Below are positions 8,292 to 16,836 of a stretch of 64,000 nucleotides of DNA, piece by piece. Every line of letters begins with the position of its first letter. The first letter of the stretch is position 1. The stretch comes from Planctomycetota bacterium. Lineage in GTDB: Bacteria > Planctomycetota > UBA8108 > UBA1146. Under the pieces are notes generated by a model. It saw only the letters and a program-made list of their open reading frames with translations. It did not search any database and was not told where the DNA came from. Both the position numbers and the translations under genes were made by a program. The stretch covers positions 20,160 to 84,159 of the forward strand of contig CBFIET010000175.1 of the NCBI GenBank assembly GCA_965661685.1, written 5' to 3'.

Positions 8292-9089
8292 TCACACCGC
8301 CACGGGAGCAGGGATTCCTGGCTGCGGATCGTATCCCACCACCTGGATATCTTCGTAACGGAATTGATCCACCTCGGTGATGTCCGGATTGAGAGAAATC
8401 GTTGGAAGATCTCCCGGCTGTCGGGCCAGCTGTTTCTTCGCCTGCTGGAGATGATTGTCGTACAGATGGAGATCTCCAAAGGTGTGGATGAACTCTCCCG
8501 CCTTGAGGCCAGTCACCTGTGCAATCATGTGCGTCAACAGCGCATAGCTGGCGATGTTGAAGGGAACTCCGAGGAAGATGTCGGCACTACGCTGATACAA
8601 CTGGCAGTGAAGCCGATCCCCCATCACCTGAAATTGAAAGAGACAGTGGCAGGGCGGAAGCGCCATCTCTTCGATGACCGCAGCATTCCAGGCGCACACG
8701 ATCAGACGACGAGAGTCCGGATTCTCTCGGATCTGCTCGACGACACCTCGCAGCTGATCAACAACTCTACCTTCAGGACCGGGCCAGCGTCTCCACTGTG
8801 CGCCGTACACAGGTCCCAGGTCTCCAGTTTCTGGGTCTGCCCACTCGTTCCAGATGGAGACCCCTGCATCCTGCAGCGGCTTCACATTGGTCTCTCCTGA
8901 GATGAACCAGAGCAGTTCATGAATCACCGACTTGAGATGGATCTTCTTGGTGGTCAGGAGCGGAAATCCGCTAGCGAGGTCGAATCGGATCTGTCTTCCG
9001 AAGAGAGCTCTCGTTCCTGTCCCGGTGCGATCTGACTTCCGGATCCCGTTCTCGAGGACATCGATGAGGAGATCCTGGTACTGAAGCAT
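8292..9089 (-). CDS. thyA: Thymidylate synthase
   Basis: 265 aa, colinear with ThyA. The active-site region is ...[13 protein letters not shown] and the start is [15 protein letters not shown]. Confidence 0.92.
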   Translation of the reverse strand: MLQYQDLLIDVLENGIRKSDRTGTGTRALFGRQIRFDLASGFPLLTTKKIHLKSVIHELLWFISGETNVKPLQDAGVSIWNEWADPETGDLGPVYGAQWRRWPGPEGRVVDQLRGVVEQIRENPDSRRLIVCAWNAAVIEEMALPPCHCLFQFQVMGDRLHCQLYQRSADIFLGVPFNIASYALLTHMIAQVTGLKAGEFIHTFGDLHLYDNHLQQAKKQLARQPGDLPTISLNPDITEVDQFRYEDIQVVGYDPQPGIPAPVAV

Positions 9090-9205
9090 ACATCCCCCGC
9101 AATTGTAGCGATCCCTACGACCACCAGCGGTCAGTGTCTCCGATGGTCGACCGCTGTGCCAGATCTCGTCCTGGAAGATCGGACTCAGTAGCGGCTAGCA
9201 GCTAA

Positions 9206-10726
9206 TCAGGGACAGGGATCTTCAAAAATAGTGAAGTCGCAATCGAGGAGATCCGGTGTCTGGTCGTTGCCACACCCAAGGAATGGGGGTGGCAATGGAT
9301 CGCCTGAACCGAAGAGGAAGGCGAGCAGTGAAATAGGGTCGGAAAGATCCAGAAGTGCGTCGTCGTTACAATCTGCGGTATCGAGGCAGGATGGGAGAGT
9401 CGAACCTGGATTGAAGAACCCCCCGAGAATCTCGATCACATCCGCGAGGTTGATCATCGAGTCGCCGTTCGCATCCCCTCGTCCAAAGTCTGGCCGGAAG
9501 GGCTCACCCTGGAAGTATTCGATGGAGTTGCTGCCTACACAGGAAATGACTGCATCCAGTACTCCGTCATTGTTGATATCCGTCACCTTCAAGCAAGTGG
9601 GATCATCAGGCAGCGAATAGGAACTGATTCCATCGAAGGGGATCCCATCGAGACCGTACCCTTTCAACACACTGAAGGTGGCACTGGAGGGATTGGAGAG
9701 GAAGAGCAGGTCCGCGGATCCTTCGCTCTCTGCATCTAACTTTGCGACGGTCAGGTCCAGGGCATTCACCACTTCATCTTCGTATCCCGTCACCGGATCC
9801 ATGAAAAGACCGGTATCTGTCCCCTGGAAAAAGACCAACGAATCTCCAGCAGTGGGAATACAGACCATATCCAGAATCTCAACCCCATCGGGTGTTTCCT
9901 GTAAGATGTCGACCAGTATCAACTCCTCTGCCACGTAGGAAATCGCTGTCTCCTGAATCAGCACCATTCCATCAATTCCCTCGTTGGAATAGACTCGCAC
10001 GCTGTCTCCTGCCAGGACCATATCGATGTCTGAATCGCCATTCAAATCACCGAAAGCTGCTGCGTTTGCTGGCGGGAACAAGGTGCTACTCAGATTGTAA
10101 TTTCCCGATCCATCCGAGAGCATCAGCCTCGTCTCTCCACCTCCAACGAACCCCGCAAGGGTCAAGATAATCAGATCCTCATACTGATCTCCATTGAGGT
10201 CAGCCATTTCCACTGAGGTGACAAAACCCACGCCCAGAAGTAATGCTTCTGGAGGAGCGAAGGTGCCGTCGCCAAGTCCCTGAATCAAATCAACCGTGCC
10301 GTCAACGTATGTCACGATCACATCGAATACATCGTCCTGGTCGAACTTGATCAGGAGGCCACCGGCTGGCTCGCTCGACAGCGCCATCGAACTTATCGGG
10401 GTCGTAGAAAACGTCTCCCCAGGATTCCCCAGAAACACCTCGAAGCGATACGGATCGAGGGACAGGACGATCAGATCCTGCTCTCCATCCAGGTTGGTGT
10501 CACAGACCATCATGTCCAACGGTTCAGCAGACACGGGCACGCTTTGAATCGGGAGGAAGTAACCCGAACCCAGTCCTTCTGGAACCTGGGAACTGGCAAC
10601 GGAATCAAAAGAACTAACAAAGAGTAGTACCACGGCAAGATGGAAGATCCTCGACACCGAGAATTTCTCCACCCACCAACGGTGCGAGTTTGAATACTTC
10701 ACGAAGTTGTACGAATTCGATCTCAT
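9206..10726 (-). CDS. Secreted FG-GAP/VCBS beta-propeller protein with a C-terminal dockerin-like Cys-rich module
   Basis: FG-GAP-type loops DLNGDQYEDLII, DLNGDSDIDMVLAG, DINNDGVLDAV. C-terminus DANGDSMINLADVIEILGGFF...CLDTADCNDDALLDLSDPISLLAFLFGSG...CGNDQTPDLLDC. The exact start is uncertain; a GTG (VEKFSV...) just before the signal peptide is possible. Confidence 0.75.
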   Translation of the reverse strand: MRSNSYNFVKYSNSHRWWVEKFSVSRIFHLAVVLLFVSSFDSVASSQVPEGLGSGYFLPIQSVPVSAEPLDMMVCDTNLDGEQDLIVLSLDPYRFEVFLGNPGETFSTTPISSMALSSEPAGGLLIKFDQDDVFDVIVTYVDGTVDLIQGLGDGTFAPPEALLLGVGFVTSVEMADLNGDQYEDLIILTLAGFVGGGETRLMLSDGSGNYNLSSTLFPPANAAAFGDLNGDSDIDMVLAGDSVRVYSNEGIDGMVLIQETAISYVAEELILVDILQETPDGVEILDMVCIPTAGDSLVFFQGTDTGLFMDPVTGYEDEVVNALDLTVAKLDAESEGSADLLFLSNPSSATFSVLKGYGLDGIPFDGISSYSLPDDPTCLKVTDINNDGVLDAVISCVGSNSIEYFQGEPFRPDFGRGDANGDSMINLADVIEILGGFFNPGSTLPSCLDTADCNDDALLDLSDPISLLAFLFGSGDPLPPPFLGCGNDQTPDLLDCDFTIFEDPCP

Positions 10727-10912
10727 AGTTTCTGCGCTCCTAGACGATCCTCGAATAATAGTGTCAATATTTCAAACCTACATAGGTCAACTGTCGCTGC
10801 CTGATACACATGTTCGTATTGATCCTAATGATCATAGGATCCAAAATTACAGTCCTTACCGGTTCAATACGACACTTTGTGATAAGCGTCATATTGTTTA
10901 TACTCCACAAGA
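10727..10912. promoter_or_regulatory. AT-rich divergent promoter region
   Basis: About 186 bp with a marked GC drop (runs such as tgtcaatatttcaaacc and tattgtttatactccacaag) between the divergently transcribed genes at 9206..10726 (-) and 11018..12466 (+). Confidence 0.5.
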
Positions 10913-11017
10913 ATGACAGGAAAGTCAGGTCAGGAGGAAATCACTTCGCCCTTGACCCCTCACGAACGACTTCACAAAGTGTCCTTACGTTTTGCTCCTC
11001 TTTCAGTTAGGAACCCC

Positions 11018-12466
11018 GTGATCCAGATCAACAAGGTCAATTTCCCTGGCTCAGCGCTTGTCCTTCTTCTCGTAAGCCTGCTCGGCTGTGGAGGTGGGGA
11101 AGATCCTCTACCCCCCATCAGCTCCATCTTTGCCCTGAATCCTGGAGACGAGGCCACAGTCGATGGCTGGGTCACGGTTCTCCCGGGAGCCTTCGAGAGC
11201 AGCACCGCAGATGCGGGGTTCGCCCTCCAGGACGAAACGGGAGCGGTCTTCATCCAGGTCGATCCGGCCCTTGCACTCGACCTCAGTACTCTGAATCTGG
11301 GGAATTCGATCCGGGTTCGAGGAATCGTCAGCGAGTTCAACCAGATGGTGACGCTGACCATCGATGAGATCGGCGATTTGACCTTCAACGGAGGTGGCGG
11401 ATTCATCTTCTTCCCCATCGATCTGAGCACCGGAGACATCGACAACACCGCAACAACTCCCGAGAACATCGCCAGCATCGTCCGGTTGAATGGATTCATC
11501 CAGGTGGATCCCGTTGGTGGGGTCGACACCGTGGTCAGGGAGGAGTCGGTCGGAGGAGATCTATTCGGCTGGAAGATCCTCCTCGATGATAGCAGCGGTA
11601 TAGGTCAAACCTACTGGCATCCGACCGCCAATCTCGACCCTGAGATTCTCACCTTTCTCGATGCCGGTAGAAATCTAGAGGTGAGCGGATTTCTCAATCG
11701 TAATGTCGACACTTTCGAGGTGTTTCCTCGGGGAAACTATGACATCTCCATCTCGATTCCCGATGCAAGGGCGATGACTGCCGGGCAAACCGGGTTCGTG
11801 CGAGGTGTCGTCGGTCTCCCTGCCGATTCCCTCTACCCCACGGGAGAGTACGGTTTTTCCCTGCACGAGGAAAATGGCACCGGCATCTTTGTCCAGATCA
11901 GCGACCCCAACCTCAGCATGAAGAACTTCGAGGGGGGATTGATGACTGCATCTGAACTGGGGTACATCGTCAACCTCCACTCCATCGGTCTCTATCCTCC
12001 GGTGAGAGTGCATGTCGAGGGTGTGATCACCGAGACCACCGGTGGCGATCGCGTGATCGTGCCAGGGGACGGCCAGGTTCGCCTCGTCTCCCTACCGCTG
12101 GCCTTTCCTCCGTCGGCGGCGTACGCCACCGGAGCCTTGACCCCGGCGGAGTTCGGGCGGCTGGTGAGTGTTTCAGGAATTCTGGATCCTCCTCCCCCTG
12201 GTGGTAACAGTGGAACGAATGGATGGACGTCGGTTCTGGGTGGCTTCCGTGCTCGCCTCGACGATGGCTCGGGGGGAGTCAATGTCTTCCTGCCCAGCGC
12301 GGTAATCGATCCATTCGGCTCAGGAGCGGATTTCCTCACCGACGTCATCACATATCCGATCGGAGTCACCATCGGCGCACCACTGTCGGTGACAGGATTC
12401 CTGCGCCACTTCGACGGAGATTACGAGATCGTGGTTCTCTACAACCAGACCGGATTCATCGACTGA
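11018..12466 (+). CDS. Lipoprotein with three internal OB-fold-like repeats; function unknown
   Basis: Proposed GTG start with AGGAA 6 nt upstream, giving M-IQINKVNFPGSALVLLLVSLLGC (lipobox). Three roughly 150-aa repeats begin GFALQDETGAVFIQVD, GFSLHEENGTGIFVQISD and GFRARLDDGSGGVNVFLPS. The track ORF start 10913 would add 35 non-signal residues. Confidence 0.6.
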   Translation: MIQINKVNFPGSALVLLLVSLLGCGGGEDPLPPISSIFALNPGDEATVDGWVTVLPGAFESSTADAGFALQDETGAVFIQVDPALALDLSTLNLGNSIRVRGIVSEFNQMVTLTIDEIGDLTFNGGGGFIFFPIDLSTGDIDNTATTPENIASIVRLNGFIQVDPVGGVDTVVREESVGGDLFGWKILLDDSSGIGQTYWHPTANLDPEILTFLDAGRNLEVSGFLNRNVDTFEVFPRGNYDISISIPDARAMTAGQTGFVRGVVGLPADSLYPTGEYGFSLHEENGTGIFVQISDPNLSMKNFEGGLMTASELGYIVNLHSIGLYPPVRVHVEGVITETTGGDRVIVPGDGQVRLVSLPLAFPPSAAYATGALTPAEFGRLVSVSGILDPPPPGGNSGTNGWTSVLGGFRARLDDGSGGVNVFLPSAVIDPFGSGADFLTDVITYPIGVTIGAPLSVTGFLRHFDGDYEIVVLYNQTGFID

Positions 12467-12507
12467 CGACGCTGGAGATTCTCTGGCACACTACTCTTTC
12501 GACCGTT

Positions 12508-12549
12508 GGAGATGATTTCTCGTGATTTTCCCATGGAGAGATCATCTCC
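12508..12549. promoter_or_regulatory. Inverted repeat (14-bp arms, one mismatch, 14-nt spacer) 30 nt upstream of the 1005-aa gene
   Basis: ggagatgatttctc-gtgattttcccatg-gagagatcatctcc. This is a candidate operator or 5-prime-UTR hairpin. Confidence 0.45.
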
Positions 12550-12579
12550 CTTCACCTGTACTCGGCTGGAGGTGTTCTG

Positions 12580-15500
12580 ATGACCCCTGCATTTCTGATC
12601 CCCATCCTCCTTTCCGCTCACATGATGCAATCCGACCCACCCGATCTCGTTCCTGGAAAACAGATCCCCCAGTGGGAAGTCCTTCACTACCAGAAGGATG
12701 GTGAGAAGCAGCAGGCGACAGTGCATTACCAGATGTTTCTTCCATCCTTCTTCGAGAAGGGTGAACCGTTACCCCTGATGTTGTTTCTTCACGGAGCAGG
12801 GGAACGCGGCAAGGATCTCGATGATGTCAAGAAGTGGGGACCTCCTCGATTTCTCGCCGATCGCCCTGATTTTCCATTCATCGTCGTTTCACCCCAGTGC
12901 CCCCGAGGGCAGTGGTGGGATATCGAAGTACTCGTCGCGCTGCTCGATAAGTTGGAGAGTACCTTCGCCATCGATCCCGACGCGATCGTGGTGACCGGAC
13001 TGAGCATGGGTGGCTACGGAGCCTGGAGCCTGGCGGCGGCGCAACCCGATCGATTTGCCGCCATCGCTCCCATCTGCGGAGGAGGCGATCCGGCCACTGC
13101 TGGACGGTTGGTCGATCTTCCCATCTGGAACTTTCACGGATCCGATGATCGTGTCGTTCCTGAGCGGAAGTCCCTCGATATCGTCGAGGCGATCCGCGCT
13201 GCCGGCGGGACCCGGATCAAGCACACATCCTACGCGGGGGTCGCCCACGAGTCGTGGCGGATCGCCTACCAATCGGATGCGCTGTGGAGGTGGCTCCTCG
13301 CCCAGCGAAGGGGCTCCGATGCGGAGCCGATGGTGTCGGAACAGCGACTCGCCGAGGCGGGAACCAATCGACCGCAGATGGAGAGGGCCCTCAGCAGCGG
13401 ATCGGCGGATCAGCGCAAGGCGATGCGGTGGCTCGTCGAGCAGATGCCAGTCACCGACCTCCAGCTCCTCGACAGCGAGTTCCTCATCGAGAACGTGAAT
13501 CTGGCGGTGAAATCGAGAGATTCCTCGCCGTGGGATCTCGAGATCCCCGAGGAGATCTTCCTCGATGGGGTCCTTCCCTATGCCAGCATCAACGAGAGGC
13601 GCGATCGCTGGAGAGCGGATTTCCGCAACAGGTTTCTACCCCTGATAGAGGATACCGACTCCCCCTCGGAGGCGGCAGCCAGGTTGAATCAAAAGGTGTT
13701 TGGCCTGGTCGGCGTGAAGTACTCGACGAAACGTCCCAAGGCGGATCAGAGTCCCTACGAATCGATGGAATCGGGTCTCGCTTCCTGCACCGGTCTGTCG
13801 GTGATTCTGGTCGACGCCTGTCGGTCGGTCGGGATCCCCGCCAGATTCGTCGGGACTCCGCTGTGGTCCGATGGCTCGGGCAATCACTCGTGGGTAGAGA
13901 TCTGGGATGACGGCTGGCACTTCACCGGCGCTGCAGAGCCGACGGGAGACGAACTGAACCGTGCATGGTTCACGGGCCGGGCGTCGGGGGCTTCCCGTGA
14001 AGATCCTCGCAACGCCGTCTATGCCGTGACCTGGAACGACTCCCCCATCACCTTTCCGATGATATGGGCACCAAACAACTCAACGGTCGGTGCCACCGAT
14101 GTGACGGACCGCTACGCCACCCCACCGGAGCCTGCGAAGGACGTCAGTGCAGCGGTTCGATTCCGTATCACCGAGGGGAAGGAAGGGGCGCGTTGTGTCG
14201 CCACGATCCGGGTACTCGGTGGCGGCGGGGAGGTTCTCTTCGAGGGTGAGAGTCGGGATGAGAGTTTTGATGCCAATGATCATGTCACCGCCGAGTTGAA
14301 GGCCGATCAGAAGGTGATCGTCGTCGCTCAGAACGAAACCTCGAGTCTGGTGGTATCGATCCAGGTGAACAAGGGTGAGCAACTGGTCGAACTCGACCTG
14401 ACTCCGCGCTCTTCTGAAGATCACTCCGCAGAAGTGATCGCATCACTGGGGGCGATCTATTCCATCTGTGGTGCCGAGGTCGATCTGGAGCAGTTTCCCA
14501 TCAGTTCGGTGCCGCTGACGAAGATCGATGCTCAGGTTGCGGCTTCGATGGTCTGGCACTCCCACGCCAGCGTCATCGCCAGCGGTCGCATCGAGGAGAT
14601 GACCAGTCGTGTACTCACCCTGGGCGAGCTGAAGATGCCATTCTGGTACGAGGTGAAGGGTCCTGCTCCACAGAAGGGACGAAGCCTGTGGATCTCGATG
14701 CACGGTGGAGGAGGTGCGCCCGCCGAGGTCAACGATCAGCAGTGGGACAATCAGAAGCGACTCTACCGCCCGGAAGAGGGGGTCTACCTCGCTCCTCGGG
14801 CACCGACCAACAGCTGGAACATGTGGCACCAGGGGCACATCGATCAGTTCTTTGACCGACTGATCGAGAACCTCATCGTTTTCGAGGGTGTCGATCCTGA
14901 CCGCGTTTACATCCTGGGTTACTCGGCGGGAGGAGATGGAACCTATCAGATCGGTCCCCGCATGGCGGACCGTTGGGGTGCCGTCGCAATGATGGCGGGG
15001 CATCCAAACGATGCTCGCCCAGACAGTCTCCGCAACACTCCGTTCACCCTGCACATGGGAGGCAAGGACGAACCTTACAACCGCAACGGTCAGGCAGTGA
15101 TCTGGCAAGAAAAACTCCACAAGTTGCAGGAAGAGGATCCGGCCGGTTACCCCCACTGGGTCAAGATCTACCCCGACAAGGGGCACTGGATGGATCGCGA
15201 GGATCGAGCCGCCATTCCATGGATGGCGAAGAACTCACGCAATCTGCGACCAAGTCGAGTCGTCTGGCAACAAGACGACGTGACCACCAAACGTTTCTAC
15301 TGGCTCCAAGATGACGAACCGGTCGGTAGAAGTCGAATCGTCGCCGAGATCGACGGTCAGAAGATCAACATCGTCGAAGCTCCTGCCGGGACTCGACTCA
15401 CCCTTCGTCTCGACGATTCGATGATCGACCTCGATGCACCGATCATCGTCGAGCATGGAGACCGCGTACTCTTTGAAGGATCGATCGATCGGACCATCTC

Positions 15501-15597
15501 GACGATTGCCCGGACGATGGGGGAACGGGGGGATCCGGTCGGGATCTTCCATGCCGAGATCACCGTCGAGTTTCCGTCGAAGGAAACCTCGCAGTAG
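12580..15597 (+). CDS. Large secreted multidomain protein: N-terminal alpha/beta-hydrolase esterase, central transglutaminase-like cysteine-protease core, C-terminal second alpha/beta-hydrolase esterase
   Basis: N-terminal domain LMLFLHGAGERG...GLSMGGYGAWSL...FHGSDD. Central domain GLASCTGLSVILVDACRSVGIPARFVG...GNHSWVEIWDDGWHF (Cys/His of the transglutaminase-like fold). C-terminal domain LWISMHGGGG...ILGYSAGGDG...AMMAGHPND. Confidence 0.75.
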   Translation: MTPAFLIPILLSAHMMQSDPPDLVPGKQIPQWEVLHYQKDGEKQQATVHYQMFLPSFFEKGEPLPLMLFLHGAGERGKDLDDVKKWGPPRFLADRPDFPFIVVSPQCPRGQWWDIEVLVALLDKLESTFAIDPDAIVVTGLSMGGYGAWSLAAAQPDRFAAIAPICGGGDPATAGRLVDLPIWNFHGSDDRVVPERKSLDIVEAIRAAGGTRIKHTSYAGVAHESWRIAYQSDALWRWLLAQRRGSDAEPMVSEQRLAEAGTNRPQMERALSSGSADQRKAMRWLVEQMPVTDLQLLDSEFLIENVNLAVKSRDSSPWDLEIPEEIFLDGVLPYASINERRDRWRADFRNRFLPLIEDTDSPSEAAARLNQKVFGLVGVKYSTKRPKADQSPYESMESGLASCTGLSVILVDACRSVGIPARFVGTPLWSDGSGNHSWVEIWDDGWHFTGAAEPTGDELNRAWFTGRASGASREDPRNAVYAVTWNDSPITFPMIWAPNNSTVGATDVTDRYATPPEPAKDVSAAVRFRITEGKEGARCVATIRVLGGGGEVLFEGESRDESFDANDHVTAELKADQKVIVVAQNETSSLVVSIQVNKGEQLVELDLTPRSSEDHSAEVIASLGAIYSICGAEVDLEQFPISSVPLTKIDAQVAASMVWHSHASVIASGRIEEMTSRVLTLGELKMPFWYEVKGPAPQKGRSLWISMHGGGGAPAEVNDQQWDNQKRLYRPEEGVYLAPRAPTNSWNMWHQGHIDQFFDRLIENLIVFEGVDPDRVYILGYSAGGDGTYQIGPRMADRWGAVAMMAGHPNDARPDSLRNTPFTLHMGGKDEPYNRNGQAVIWQEKLHKLQEEDPAGYPHWVKIYPDKGHWMDREDRAAIPWMAKNSRNLRPSRVVWQQDDVTTKRFYWLQDDEPVGRSRIVAEIDGQKINIVEAPAGTRLTLRLDDSMIDLDAPIIVEHGDRVLFEGSIDRTISTIARTMGERGDPVGIFHAEITVEFPSKETSQ

Positions 15598-15607
15598 GAA
15601 GGCCACC

Positions 15608-16033
15608 ATGAACGCTCCTTATCTAGAACACCTCAACATCACGGTTCTCGATGTTGACGCTGCGATCCGGTTCCTCAAGACGGCGATGCCGCAGTTCGAG
15701 GTCAGAGGAGGTGGAACCGGGGAGAAGTGCAAGCGTTGGGTCCACATCGGCACCGAGGATTCCTACCTGGCCATCGAGGATCGTGGTGCCCAAGAACCCG
15801 GGCCTCACCAGCCATACATTCATCCGGGGATGAACCACATCGGATTCGTCACGGATGATCTCGACGCTGTGGCGGGCCGCTTGAGGGAGGCCGGATATCG
15901 GGAGGGGATGAGTGCCATGGAGCATCCCCATCGCAGGCGCATCTACTTCTTCGATGATGACGGAAACGAGTACGAATTCGTCGAGTACCTGTCGACCAGT
16001 CCTTCAGAGCGCAACGACTACAACATCGAGTAG
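15608..16033 (+). CDS. Glyoxalase/bleomycin-resistance/dioxygenase (VOC) family protein
   Basis: Start MNAPYLEHLNITVLDVDAAIRFL (beta-alpha-beta-beta-beta module), then HIGFVTDDLDAVAGRLREAG. The track ORF start 15434 overlaps the upstream gene and is rejected. Confidence 0.75.
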   Translation: MNAPYLEHLNITVLDVDAAIRFLKTAMPQFEVRGGGTGEKCKRWVHIGTEDSYLAIEDRGAQEPGPHQPYIHPGMNHIGFVTDDLDAVAGRLREAGYREGMSAMEHPHRRRIYFFDDDGNEYEFVEYLSTSPSERNDYNIE

Positions 16034-16136
16034 TCCCCCATTCGCCCGCTGAGGAGGTGAGATTGGCTTCTATCGGCGTAGAAACCCCGTACCATCAGCG
16101 ATCGATGGAGGCATCTCAGCCAACAGGGAGGTTTCG

Positions 16137-16832
16137 ATGAGCTCTTTGAATCAATTCCAGCAGCAGTTCATCGAATTCCTGGTGCGCTGCGAAGTCCTGA
16201 CCTTTGGCGACTTCACCACCAAGAGTGGTCGCAAGACCCCCTACTTCGTCAATACCGGCAAGGTGCGTACCGGTTCTCAGATCGATCAGTTCGCTACTTA
16301 CTATGCACACACCATCACCGACAAGATCGGTTCAAACTTCGAGTTGATCTTCGGTCCTGCATACAAGGGGATACCGCTGGCCACGGCAATTGCCACATCA
16401 CTGGCAAGGGATCACCAGATCGATCGCGGGTTCTGCTTCGATCGCAAGGAGATCAAGGATCATGGTGAGGGCGGTAGCCTTGTCGGGTCGATTCCTGGTG
16501 ACGGAGACCGGGTTCTCATCGTTGAAGATGTGACCACCGCTGGTACCAGCATCCGGGAGACGGTGCCAAAACTGATGGCAACGGCGAAGGTCCAGCTTGC
16601 AGGCCTGGTGATTTCAGTGGATCGACGAGAACGAGGTACAGGGGATCAAGCGGCTCTCGATCAACTCTCCGAGGAGTTCGAGATGCCATGCCTGGCTGTC
16701 GTCACCGTCCACGACGTCATCGAGTACCTGCATCTTCGAGAAGTCGATGGGCGTATCATCATCGATGATGAAATTCGTGGGAAGATGCTCGATTATCTCG
16801 CCGAACATGGTCCGCGAAATCGCGCGGTCTGA
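16137..16832 (+). CDS. pyrE: Orotate phosphoribosyltransferase
   Basis: FIEFLVRCEVLTFGDFTTKSGRKTPYFVN, GPAYKGIPLATA, and the PRPP-binding loop VLIVEDVTTAGTS. Confidence 0.88.
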   Translation: MSSLNQFQQQFIEFLVRCEVLTFGDFTTKSGRKTPYFVNTGKVRTGSQIDQFATYYAHTITDKIGSNFELIFGPAYKGIPLATAIATSLARDHQIDRGFCFDRKEIKDHGEGGSLVGSIPGDGDRVLIVEDVTTAGTSIRETVPKLMATAKVQLAGLVISVDRRERGTGDQAALDQLSEEFEMPCLAVVTVHDVIEYLHLREVDGRIIIDDEIRGKMLDYLAEHGPRNRAV

Positions 16833-16836
16833 TCGA

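Noticed and set aside
8151-8900. 249-aa plus ORF
   Set aside because: Antisense to thyA and folA, which are unmistakable.
15434-15607. N-terminal extension of the glyoxalase ORF overlapping the 1005-aa gene
   Set aside because: The VOC domain begins at the Met at 15608. The extension overlaps the upstream CDS in another frame.
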